A DNA stretch of 64,000 bases from Clostridiales bacterium (GTDB lineage Bacteria > Bacillota > Clostridia > Christensenellales > UBA1242), in the NCBI GenBank assembly GCA_015055815.1, contig SVHM01000002.1:172296-236295 (forward strand). The letters are read 5' to 3'. The notes under the pieces were generated by a model, which saw only the letters and a list, made by a program, of their open reading frames with translations, was not told the origin of the DNA and ran no database searches. Shown here piece after piece: positions 30,771 to 39,145 of this stretch. Both the position numbers and the translations under genes were made by a program. Each line of letters starts with the position of its first letter. Within the stretch, counting starts at the first letter, position 1.

Positions 30771-30846
30771 GCTGATGTGGCACAGTCGGTAGCGCACCGC
30801 CTTGGTAAGGCGGAGGTCACGGGTTCAAGTCCCGTCATCAGCTCCA
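30771..30846 (+). tRNA. tRNA-Thr (anticodon GGT)
   Basis: Cloverleaf folded by hand. Acceptor GCTGATG/CATCAGC. Anticodon arm CCGCC-TTGGTAA-GGCGG. T arm ACGGG-TTCAAGT-CCCGT. Encoded CCA. One A-C mismatch in the D stem. Confidence 0.9.
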
Positions 30847-30964
30847 TTTTTATTTGCTGTATTTGGGGACTTTCACCCATGGTACTCGGGACCCCGTCAA
30901 TTATATTGACACCCGAGAAATATGACTTCGTCACATTGACAAGTCCCGTCATCAGCTCCATTTT
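30826..30964 (+). repeat. perfect 25-bp direct repeat (30826-30850 and 30940-30964) of the tRNA-Thr T-loop/acceptor 3' end, bracketing an 89-bp insert
   Basis: CAAGTCCCGTCATCAGCTCCATTTT occurs twice. The intervening 89 nt are 39/89 G+C (hand count) and contain a nested hairpin CTCGGG-acccc-GTCAA-ttata-TTGAC-a-CCCGAG. Confidence 0.85.
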
Positions 30965-30988
30965 AGCAACTAATTTAGTTGCTTTTTT
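30965..30988 (+). terminator. intrinsic terminator following the second (displaced) tRNA 3'-end copy
   Basis: AGCAAC-taattta-GTTGCT followed by TTTTTT. Confidence 0.7.
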
Positions 30989-31042
30989 ATTTGTCCATTT
31001 AATAAAACATTTAATTTAACACTTTCTCTATTTAACAAACTG

Positions 31043-31071
31043 TTGAACTATGAATATTTTTATGTTATAAT
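31043..31071 (+). promoter_or_regulatory. sigma-A-type promoter with extended -10 for the 94-aa/643-aa gene pair
   Basis: TTGAAC (31043-31048), 17-nt spacer ending in TGT, TATAAT (31066-31071). AAGGAG RBS precedes the ATG at 31098. Confidence 0.55.
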
Positions 31072-31097
31072 AAAACTAGATGTTTTAAGGAGATTTT

Positions 31098-31382
31098 ATG
31101 GAAAATTTTGAATTATTTGATGCTTTAATAAGCAAAACTGAAAAAGAAATAAAAAGCACCACAAGAAAAGTAAACAGTTTGGAAGTTAAAGATTACATAA
31201 CTTCTTCTTTGTCTTATGATTACAGCGATTTATTTAGCACACCCAAAACAACACACCATCAATCAAAATTAGTTAAAGCAAATACACCATCAAACACAAC
31301 TCAACCCGAAAGCGCAAATTCAATTGATGTAAAAACTTACATTTCTCAAAAATATTCACAAAATGAATTGGAAAGGAAATAA
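31098..31382 (+). CDS. hypothetical small protein (94 aa)
   Basis: AAGGAGA RBS. Stop lies 2 nt before the next start. No recognisable motif. Confidence 0.55.
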   Translation: MENFELFDALISKTEKEIKSTTRKVNSLEVKDYITSSLSYDYSDLFSTPKTTHHQSKLVKANTPSNTTQPESANSIDVKTYISQKYSQNELERK

Positions 31383-31384
31383 TT

Positions 31385-33316
31385 ATGTCAGAAAATCCAC
31401 TACACATAAGCCTTGATACTCAATTTCTTGTAAATTTTATTTTGGGCTCAGAATATATGCAAAAAGCACTTGAAAAAGCAGAAAGCAAATATTATTCAGC
31501 CAAATATGTTACCAATAGGCAACACCAACAAGAACAAAATACAAAATCTCTTAAATTTTATTTATCCCATTATATTTATCTTAAATTTATTGAAAAACTA
31601 GGAAAAGAAGGAAAAATAAAAATCAATATTACTCCACCAGCAATGAGCGAAGTATTGGCAGAAGGAAACTATATTGATAATGTAATTTATAACATATATA
31701 GATACGCACATAGAGATAGACCAATTAGAGATATTATAGATGCAAAAACTATAAATGGAATAATAGATAATTTAAATATTTCACAAGACGAAAAAGAAGA
31801 ACTTAAAAAACTTTATACAGGTCCTATATCCAAATCTTACACATCCGTGGAATTTGACGACAACATCAGTCGTAGCAATAATATTTTAGGAAACAAACTA
31901 CTACAACCACATTTAATCAAACTTCTTAAAAAACACTATATAAAAACACAACTTGAACAAAATCATAACATGTTAGACTTGTTGTCATTTCCACAATTTG
32001 ACAAAAACACAAGCAATCCCCTATGCGATATGATGCTTGAACTTTCTGAATTTTATAGAAACGACCCACAAATAATTGTGGACAACGAAGTTCAAAGCGG
32101 AATACCAGCAGAGGAAATTACAGACAGTGTTATTATGGCTTGTTGTTCTCTACTTAGCATGCCTTTACTTACCGGCGACTACAACGGATTAGTAAATCAC
32201 GAAAAGGCAATTGATGCAGAAAATGAAAATTTCAAAAAAATCAAAGGCAAACAAACAATTGTCAATAGCAAACCATTTTCTTTAAAGCAATTTATTGCAG
32301 ACTTTTTTAAAGAAGACTTCCTTGCTTGGATAGATGATTTTGCAATACCATCAGAAATAAGCGGAATAATTACACAAGAAATTAAAGATAGTTTTAAAGA
32401 AGAAATATCTAATATCGAAACTAGAGATTTAACACATAGAAAAACACCATCTTGCAAAGAAAATAGAGAAAAGTTTCAATTTTTATATTCAAAAGCAATA
32501 AATTCTCAACACGTATTAGTTAATTCTGTTGAAGAAATGGAAGAAGAAGCCAATGAAGAACTTTATACAAAAACTAAAGGTTTTGTTCCAGCAGTAAGAA
32601 CACATCTTCATCAAAATGACTTAACAATTATGCTTCATTATCTTCAATTATTTGACCAAAAAAGAGACAATCTAGAACTTCTAACTATTGGACGCACAAG
32701 AGATAAAAACGGAAATATTACTACTTTAAAAAGCCAACCAACAGCAACTCAAATTGCTCAAATTTCACAAGACACATTCTTAACTTTAACCGCTACAATT
32801 CAAGCAATATTTAATCAATTTTATGGTGTGAGAATAACAGAAATTGACGGAAGAATACTTATGAAGTTACATCAAATGGGCTTTGCATTTAAGACTACAC
32901 AAGATAGAAAAATTTGCGCAATTAATTATAACGGAATTCAATTTACCCAATATTCTTCACAAGAATACCCACAAAAGCAATTAGAATTTATTTACAATCC
33001 TAATGATTTAACACCAACAAGCATTGTTTTGCTTGCAACAAACCCCGCAATTCTTCAATTTTGCGACAAACGAAATCTTTTAGGCAAAGACTTAATGGAA
33101 CATTATAGAAAGTTTAAAACAGCAAATAACATTTATGGAGAATTGTATACACACCCAAGTGAATTTTACGCTTTAAGTCAACAATTAGCACACCTTCATG
33201 AAAATTCACAATCAGATGATATAGATAAGAATATGCAAAAATTATTAGAAAATAACAAACTTATACTATCGCTTAATTATCTACATTATCCCGACCCATC
33301 TAAATATTTAGCATAA
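31385..33316 (+). CDS. hypothetical 643-aa protein with possible split PIN-like N-terminal domain
   Basis: GGAAAGGAAA RBS. N-terminus ISLDTQFLVNFI, and later EITDSVIMACCSLLSMPLLTGD, resemble the first and last acidic PIN motifs but are about 250 aa apart. The rest is unassigned. Confidence 0.7.
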   Translation: MSENPLHISLDTQFLVNFILGSEYMQKALEKAESKYYSAKYVTNRQHQQEQNTKSLKFYLSHYIYLKFIEKLGKEGKIKINITPPAMSEVLAEGNYIDNVIYNIYRYAHRDRPIRDIIDAKTINGIIDNLNISQDEKEELKKLYTGPISKSYTSVEFDDNISRSNNILGNKLLQPHLIKLLKKHYIKTQLEQNHNMLDLLSFPQFDKNTSNPLCDMMLELSEFYRNDPQIIVDNEVQSGIPAEEITDSVIMACCSLLSMPLLTGDYNGLVNHEKAIDAENENFKKIKGKQTIVNSKPFSLKQFIADFFKEDFLAWIDDFAIPSEISGIITQEIKDSFKEEISNIETRDLTHRKTPSCKENREKFQFLYSKAINSQHVLVNSVEEMEEEANEELYTKTKGFVPAVRTHLHQNDLTIMLHYLQLFDQKRDNLELLTIGRTRDKNGNITTLKSQPTATQIAQISQDTFLTLTATIQAIFNQFYGVRITEIDGRILMKLHQMGFAFKTTQDRKICAINYNGIQFTQYSSQEYPQKQLEFIYNPNDLTPTSIVLLATNPAILQFCDKRNLLGKDLMEHYRKFKTANNIYGELYTHPSEFYALSQQLAHLHENSQSDDIDKNMQKLLENNKLILSLNYLHYPDPSKYLA

Positions 33317-33366
33317 AAAACAAACCTTTTATTTTGGGACATCCCATTTAAAAGGTTCGTTTTTTA
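33315..33366. terminator. bidirectional intrinsic terminator between convergent island operons
   Basis: AACCTTTTA...TGGGA-ca-TCCCA...TAAAAGGTT extended hairpin flanked by A- and T-runs. Confidence 0.65.
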
Positions 33367-33372
33367 TAAATT

Positions 33373-34635
33373 TTAATCTGCTAATTCGTAGTTATCTAAA
33401 TTTAAAATTTCATCTTTTGTAACATGTATAACCTTACCAAAATATGGCTTAAAGTCAGTATTATCATAAACTATCCAATATAATTTTTTTATACTTCTAT
33501 TGTAATCGGTATTTGTAGCAGTGTCGTACCCATCTGTAAATATAATTTTATTTACACTTTTATCTTTACTAAAACCCCTTAAGGCATTATCAAAACTTGT
33601 TCCACCCCTACCCATAATTTTGAAGTTATCTATATCTTGTATAGTTTTTATATCTACAAAATCGTATGTTCTATGGTCAAAACAACAAACTCTAATTTCA
33701 CTTTCTTTAAGCAGATGTTTTAATTGTCTCAAAAAACTCATTAGCAAACCAGAACTTACCGAGCCACTTGTATCCAACATCACTTCAATTTGCGGTTTAT
33801 CTTCATTTTCTCTATATTCTATTCTTGCTTGATAATCATTATCTTCTTCAGCTCGCCTATACGACCACCTATCTTCTTCTTTTTCAATTTCTCGCTTAAG
33901 TATCTTCTTCCAATTTACAGATTTTTGCGTCTCACCAACACTCCCTAACGATAGCAATTGATTGCCAGACTGTTTTCCAACTTTATTTTTACTTTCTAAA
34001 TTACTTCTTATTTCTTTGCCTAATTCTTTTTTTAGTTCGCTATTTTTTTCTGCAAAACTTTCTTCATCTAAAGTTTCTATATTTTCCTGACCGACCAACT
34101 CCCCATGTCCGCCATCTTGCTCTAGGGAAGTTTTATTTTTAGCATTTTCTTCCCACATTCCATGCTCGCCAATATCTCCGCTTGCACCATCTCCAGAATT
34201 ACTATTAAATCTTCTACCACTATTTTCTTCAATTAATTTTAAATAAACATTTTCAGCCGATTTGCCAAAAGCATCTTCCATATCTATGCCACATTTAGGC
34301 ATTGGTAAATGTTCATGCTTTAAAATTTGATTTATAACAGCATCAGTAGCGACATTCCAAAGTTCACTTTCTTTGCCTTGACTTCTTTTCAAATGCCCAA
34401 AAGCAACATGCATAATTTCGTGAGAAAAAAGGAATATCTTTTCATCATAACTAAGACTACTTAAAAAGTCTTCGTTATAATAAACAACATTTCCATCCGT
34501 TCCGGCTGTATCTACTTTATCTGACGGCTGAAATTGTAAGCCAGAAATGGTAGCACCTAGGGCTGGAAATTTTCTCAATACTCCACTTATATATATTTCG
34601 TGTTTTTTATCTTGTAAATATTCAAAATAATTCAC
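33373..34635 (-). CDS. HExxH metallopeptidase-like domain fused to a VWA domain (DUF2201_N + DUF2201/VWA-like architecture, names from memory)
   Basis: FSHEIMHVAFGH zinc motif near the N-terminus. Acidic/Lys-rich linker. C-terminal VWA with intact MIDAS MLDTSGSVS ... GGTSF ... IIFTDGYD. Confidence 0.8.
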   Translation of the reverse strand: MNYFEYLQDKKHEIYISGVLRKFPALGATISGLQFQPSDKVDTAGTDGNVVYYNEDFLSSLSYDEKIFLFSHEIMHVAFGHLKRSQGKESELWNVATDAVINQILKHEHLPMPKCGIDMEDAFGKSAENVYLKLIEENSGRRFNSNSGDGASGDIGEHGMWEENAKNKTSLEQDGGHGELVGQENIETLDEESFAEKNSELKKELGKEIRSNLESKNKVGKQSGNQLLSLGSVGETQKSVNWKKILKREIEKEEDRWSYRRAEEDNDYQARIEYRENEDKPQIEVMLDTSGSVSSGLLMSFLRQLKHLLKESEIRVCCFDHRTYDFVDIKTIQDIDNFKIMGRGGTSFDNALRGFSKDKSVNKIIFTDGYDTATNTDYNRSIKKLYWIVYDNTDFKPYFGKVIHVTKDEILNLDNYELAD

Positions 34636-34689
34636 TTAAAACTCCACATCATAGTTAAATGCTTTTAAACACCTTTCGTAATTTTAATG

Positions 34690-37200
34690 TTACATACTTC
34701 TACTAGGAAGCAATTTTTTATAGCCATATTCTTTGACTAGTTTTTCAAACTCTTGCTCAGATAGGTATTTAGAAAAATCAATTTCTTCAAAGGTGTACAT
34801 TTTTAAATCTTTTTCTTTTAGTGCATAGAAATAATCGCTAAACATCCCTTCGTTCCAATAACAAGTTAAGTTTTTATGAGTATCCCAAACATCTCGATTT
34901 ACATATGATTGACCAGTACTCCACTTCAAACCCATTCTATCCATTACCGTACATAACACGTCCGACTTCCATTTTTTATCACAATGAATTGCTTTCTTTT
35001 GTCCAATATCGGCAAAATCATCTATTGAAAGGGTATATGTATCTTTCTTTTTAAATAACGTTTTTCTCTTTACCGTTTTTTGCTCGGGAGAATTTACAGA
35101 CAAAGTTTCAACATATATTGCTCTTTCGTCATCATTTCCGACCCAAACATTATCAAATGTAGCAAGAATTTCACTACCCAGCCTATCCCCAATAAAATCT
35201 CTCACAACAGGCAAATCTTCAAAGCCAACACTTCTTAACGACAATGCCAAAGCATACTTTGAGTCAAACGACACAGGAATATCTTCATTTGAATAATTAC
35301 CAGAAATTACATCTTCTAAAGATATAAGCGGTGTTTTAGCAAAAGCCATGAATGAAGCCGAAATTTCCTTGCCTACTTTATTTTCAATTAATTCTTTTGC
35401 GATTTTACCTTTGTTGTCATAAATAATATCACTAACCTGCTCCCAACCACGTGGGTCAATTGCATAGTCTTTCGGATTGTCACTATCATAAGGCGAATAG
35501 AAAACTTCTTCGCCATACGCACTAACAAAAGCTGAGACTATTGGATGCACTTTTGAATAACCCGGCCTTTCTTCGCTTTCTTCACTTCCCCACTCAACCC
35601 AACTTTGAATATCCGGTTTTAAGTAAATATGCGCATCATATCTTCTAAACAACGGCTCTGGCATATTATATGCCGCTTCACTTTCACTCTTACTATTTCC
35701 CGCAGACACAACAACTGCATTTTCAGGTAGTTTACCAATATTAGGACCAATTGAGTTATTGAGAACTAAATGGAACACCAAACTTTGTTCACTTGGCCTA
35801 ACGTTTGTTATTTCGTCTATAAACAACACATGATTTTTATCTGGCTCATTTTTACATTTATTACAAAGTTCTTCATACCATGCTGGTGGCACCCAAATAC
35901 CCACTTTCGTTTTATCATTATTTGGATATATAGTCTTACCAATCACTTCTTCTGGAAGTATTCCATTTCTAAGAACTATCGAAACATACTCTGGGTCAAT
36001 TTCTTCAATTCTTCTAGTCTTACCTATTCCACTAGGCCCATGCAACATAAATGATTTTCCATGCTCGATATAAAATCTAATTTGCTCATTTACATCCATT
36101 GGCTCTTCTTCAACTTCTACCGCATACTTACCTTGAGACTTAGTTGTCCTTTTAGTTGACTTTACTGGCAAAGTATCTTCAATCATCATGGCATCGGTCA
36201 AAAAACTATTTCCCTTAGAAAAATCTCCGCCACCATAAATACCCATAGATTTTGAACCATTTTTCTTAATGTTATTAACATTGATGCCGTTTAAAATTCC
36301 CCTAACGGTTGAATTTTGCCACAAGCAATTACCACTTTCATCACTAGGATGATATGGAACACCCGACAAAAGCCCACTATCCGCTTTCATTTCTAGATAA
36401 AGATCTTCTTCACTTCCAAGTGGGTTTATATATTTAGGAAGATTATCCCAATTCAAAACTCGCCACTTTATTGGCTCTACTGCTACCCAGTAGTTTTTAT
36501 CTTTTTCTATTTTCTGAATTTTGCCATCAATTACAATACTTCTATCATCATATTCACTCTTTATCCTAACATACCTTCTACCTTCAAATTCATATTCTGG
36601 ATATGTTATAAGACCTGCACTTTGAGAATATTTGCCAATATATTTCTTTCCCGTCTTTTTAATTTTCCCACTTTCAAAAATTCTTTCAAGCAAATTATTC
36701 TCAACATTACTTACAGCCGATTGTGGAAACTCCCCAAATGTAACTGTGTAGCTTCCCCTTGGTTGCTTTTGGACTTTAAACAAATGCGGATAATCACTTC
36801 TCAAATTTTCAAAGTCTTCAGCATGAACACTTATTCGTGGAGCAATAGTCGTCCAATCAGCATTGGGATTAAGACCTACCGTTACAGTTCCAGTAGCGGA
36901 CACTTGAAATATACTTGAGATGTTATCAAAATCGGAATAAGTACTTCTAAGTGGTGCAGTTCCTACAAGCCCACCTTGTCTAGTTGTGTAATTTTCTTCA
37001 ACATGAGCACCATTTAAAATAGCGTAAGCAGTAGGAAAAACAAGCCTATTACCAATAGTCAATACATCAGCATCTCTAACACTGTCGATAAAAACTTTGT
37101 CGTGCGTCTCCAAATTATTTCTTTCAAATCCGTTTAAATCATAATTATAAACATTTGACGAATCAATTTGTTTACTTAAGTCTATCATCATTTTACTCAT
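34690..37200 (-). CDS. MoxR/AAA_5-type AAA+ ATPase (836 aa) with long N- and C-terminal extensions
   Basis: Walker A LHGPSGIGKT, Walker B VLFIDEITN, sensor VVSAGN, PEPLFRRYD. N-terminal about 370 aa contains FGEFPQS ... YWVAVEPIKWRVL ... WQNSTVRGILNG (DUF6273-like motif set, name from memory). Confidence 0.8.
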   Translation of the reverse strand: MSKMMIDLSKQIDSSNVYNYDLNGFERNNLETHDKVFIDSVRDADVLTIGNRLVFPTAYAILNGAHVEENYTTRQGGLVGTAPLRSTYSDFDNISSIFQVSATGTVTVGLNPNADWTTIAPRISVHAEDFENLRSDYPHLFKVQKQPRGSYTVTFGEFPQSAVSNVENNLLERIFESGKIKKTGKKYIGKYSQSAGLITYPEYEFEGRRYVRIKSEYDDRSIVIDGKIQKIEKDKNYWVAVEPIKWRVLNWDNLPKYINPLGSEEDLYLEMKADSGLLSGVPYHPSDESGNCLWQNSTVRGILNGINVNNIKKNGSKSMGIYGGGDFSKGNSFLTDAMMIEDTLPVKSTKRTTKSQGKYAVEVEEEPMDVNEQIRFYIEHGKSFMLHGPSGIGKTRRIEEIDPEYVSIVLRNGILPEEVIGKTIYPNNDKTKVGIWVPPAWYEELCNKCKNEPDKNHVLFIDEITNVRPSEQSLVFHLVLNNSIGPNIGKLPENAVVVSAGNSKSESEAAYNMPEPLFRRYDAHIYLKPDIQSWVEWGSEESEERPGYSKVHPIVSAFVSAYGEEVFYSPYDSDNPKDYAIDPRGWEQVSDIIYDNKGKIAKELIENKVGKEISASFMAFAKTPLISLEDVISGNYSNEDIPVSFDSKYALALSLRSVGFEDLPVVRDFIGDRLGSEILATFDNVWVGNDDERAIYVETLSVNSPEQKTVKRKTLFKKKDTYTLSIDDFADIGQKKAIHCDKKWKSDVLCTVMDRMGLKWSTGQSYVNRDVWDTHKNLTCYWNEGMFSDYFYALKEKDLKMYTFEEIDFSKYLSEQEFEKLVKEYGYKKLLPSRSM

Positions 37201-37233
37201 CCCAAATCCCCATTTAAAATTATAATCTAATAT

Positions 37234-37262
37234 ATTATACTATATTTAAAAACCAATTTCAA
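37234..37262 (-). promoter_or_regulatory. sigma-A-type promoter for the AAA+/VWA operon
   Basis: Minus strand: TTGAAA (37262-37257), 17-nt spacer, TATAAT (37239-37234). GGGGA RBS before the ATG at 37200. Confidence 0.5.
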
Positions 37263-37284
37263 TACCCCAATTACAACAAAAACA

Positions 37285-37314
37285 TCAAAAAAACGCCCAA
37301 AATACGAGCGTTTT
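37285..37314 (-). terminator. weak intrinsic terminator after uvrC
   Basis: Minus strand: AAACGC-tcgtattttgg-GCGTTT followed by T7. Confidence 0.45.
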
Positions 37315-37333
37315 ATATTTTTATAACTTAAAA

Positions 37334-39145
37334 TCACTTATGAAAGTAATCAAAAATATTCTCAGCAAGTTTTCTACCAATACCACTAACAGTCATAAGT
37401 TCTTCAACTGTCGCAGACTTAATAGCGTCTATTTTTTTAAACTTTTCGAAAAGTGCATTTTGCTTCGAAACTCCCAAACCATCAATTTGTGAAAGTTGAG
37501 ATTTTAAAGTGTTTTTCTGCCTTAAAGATTTCTGGAAAGTAATAGCAAATCTATGGCTTTCATCTCTTACCGCCTGAAGAAGTTTAAGAGCAAAATTATC
37601 TCTACTAAGGATTACCTTTGAGCCATCAGTTAAATAAATTTCTTCTTCTTTTTTTGCAAGCGAAACAATATCTATATCATAACCCAATTCTTCCATAGAC
37701 GTTTTTGCAAAAGTAAGCTGAATAATTCCACCATCAATCAAAATTAAATCGGGCAGATTTGAAAAGCTAACATCTTTCCCATTTTTATATTCTTGCAATC
37801 TTCTAGCCAAAACATCATGCATATTTTTAAAGTCGTTTTGACCAATACCATCAATTTTAAATTTTCTATAATGCTTTTTATACTGCTCACCATTTACAAA
37901 AACAACCATACTAGCAACTGTGTTTGTTCCCGCCAAATTACTTATATCATAACCCTCAATTCTCTTTGGAAGTTTGCTAAGCCCAAGACTTTTTTGTAAA
38001 GTTCGAAGAGCACCCATAGTCTTTAATTCATGAAGTTTGTTTTTCTCGATTGACTTATTTAAATATTCACTAGCATTACTGTTCGCCATATCTAAAAGCC
38101 TTTTGTAAATACCACGAGAACCCGTCAACACAGTTATTTTTTTACCAGCAAATTGATTAAGCCACTCATTTAGTGTTTCACTTTCAAACTCAACAACAAT
38201 ATTTTTAGGCACAACCTTATTTGACAAATAATATTGAGTTATAAACTTTTGCATTGTATCGTCGGGAGACAGGCTTGCATCAATAACGGCATAGTTATTA
38301 ACCCCCACCATCTTATCTCCCCTAATACACGCAACTGTTATAACAACATTTTCACCACCATTAGCATAACCAAAGACATCAATATCCATACACTTATTTA
38401 GCCCCGTTACGTTTCTAGCAGATATAAACTCAATACTTTTTAAATTATCTCTTATTTCAATTGCTTTCTCAAACATTTCCATTTCTGAATAAGCTTTCAT
38501 TTTCTTTATCAGAATTTCTTTTGCTTCCAATAAATCACCTTTTAAAAAGTTTATAACTTTATCTACTTCCAAACGGTATTCTTCTTTCGAACATCTTCTT
38601 GTACATGGTGCTAAGCAATTACCTATATGATAATTTAAGCACTCCCTACTACAACTACCATTCATTCTAACAGTACAGTCACGCAATTTAAAAGTATTAT
38701 TGATTATCTTAAAAAGTTCTGTAGCTGAAATTTTATTAAAGTATGGCCCAAAATATAAAGCATTGTCTTTTAAAATTTTTCTAGTTATAGAAACTTTTGG
38801 AAAGTCGTTTTTAATATCAATTTTAATATACGGGAAAGCCTTTCCATCCTTTAGAAGAATATTATAAAAAGGTTGATGCTTATGAATAAGATTACTCTCT
38901 AAATTTAAAGCTTCCAGTTCACTTAAAGTAATAATATACTCAAAGTCATAAACATTTTCTACCATTTGTTGAACTTTAGGTAGTTTATCAGTGTTTAAGA
39001 AATAAGAAGAAACCCTGTTCTTCAAATTTTTTGCCTTACCAATATAAATAATATTCCCATAAACATCAAGCATTTTATAAACACCTGGCGACGTAGGTAA
39101 AGCATGAACTTTATCTTTTATTCGCAATCTTATTTCTTCTTTCAT
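37334..39145 (-). CDS. uvrC: excinuclease ABC subunit C
   Basis: GIY-YIG N-terminus (PGVYKMLDVYGNIIYIGKAKNLKNRV), UVR domain, RNase H-like and C-terminal HhH2 (GIGRKLAENI). 603 aa. Confidence 0.95.
   Translation of the reverse strand: MKEEIRLRIKDKVHALPTSPGVYKMLDVYGNIIYIGKAKNLKNRVSSYFLNTDKLPKVQQMVENVYDFEYIITLSELEALNLESNLIHKHQPFYNILLKDGKAFPYIKIDIKNDFPKVSITRKILKDNALYFGPYFNKISATELFKIINNTFKLRDCTVRMNGSCSRECLNYHIGNCLAPCTRRCSKEEYRLEVDKVINFLKGDLLEAKEILIKKMKAYSEMEMFEKAIEIRDNLKSIEFISARNVTGLNKCMDIDVFGYANGGENVVITVACIRGDKMVGVNNYAVIDASLSPDDTMQKFITQYYLSNKVVPKNIVVEFESETLNEWLNQFAGKKITVLTGSRGIYKRLLDMANSNASEYLNKSIEKNKLHELKTMGALRTLQKSLGLSKLPKRIEGYDISNLAGTNTVASMVVFVNGEQYKKHYRKFKIDGIGQNDFKNMHDVLARRLQEYKNGKDVSFSNLPDLILIDGGIIQLTFAKTSMEELGYDIDIVSLAKKEEEIYLTDGSKVILSRDNFALKLLQAVRDESHRFAITFQKSLRQKNTLKSQLSQIDGLGVSKQNALFEKFKKIDAIKSATVEELMTVSGIGRKLAENIFDYFHK

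Noticed and set aside
30941-30957. CUGAUGA on the minus strand of the duplicated tRNA end, as a possible hammerhead ribozyme core
   Set aside because: The heptamer is just the complement of the tRNA acceptor strand. The pairing partner CGGGAC/GTCCCG is not followed by the required GAAA core, and no stem III/cleavage-site context is present.
30704-31019. Track ORFs 30704..30961 (-) and 30723..31019 (+) spanning the tRNA-Thr locus
   Set aside because: Both read straight through the tRNA gene, its duplicated 3' end and the terminator. They have no RBS, and the repeated ...PVISSI... peptide simply mirrors the DNA repeat.
31098-37200. The island as a recognisable prophage or ICE
   Set aside because: No integrase/recombinase, terminase, capsid, tail, relaxase or T4SS motif appears in any of the four proteins. 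No third copy of the tRNA core sequence is present at the uvrC-side boundary (37201-37333).
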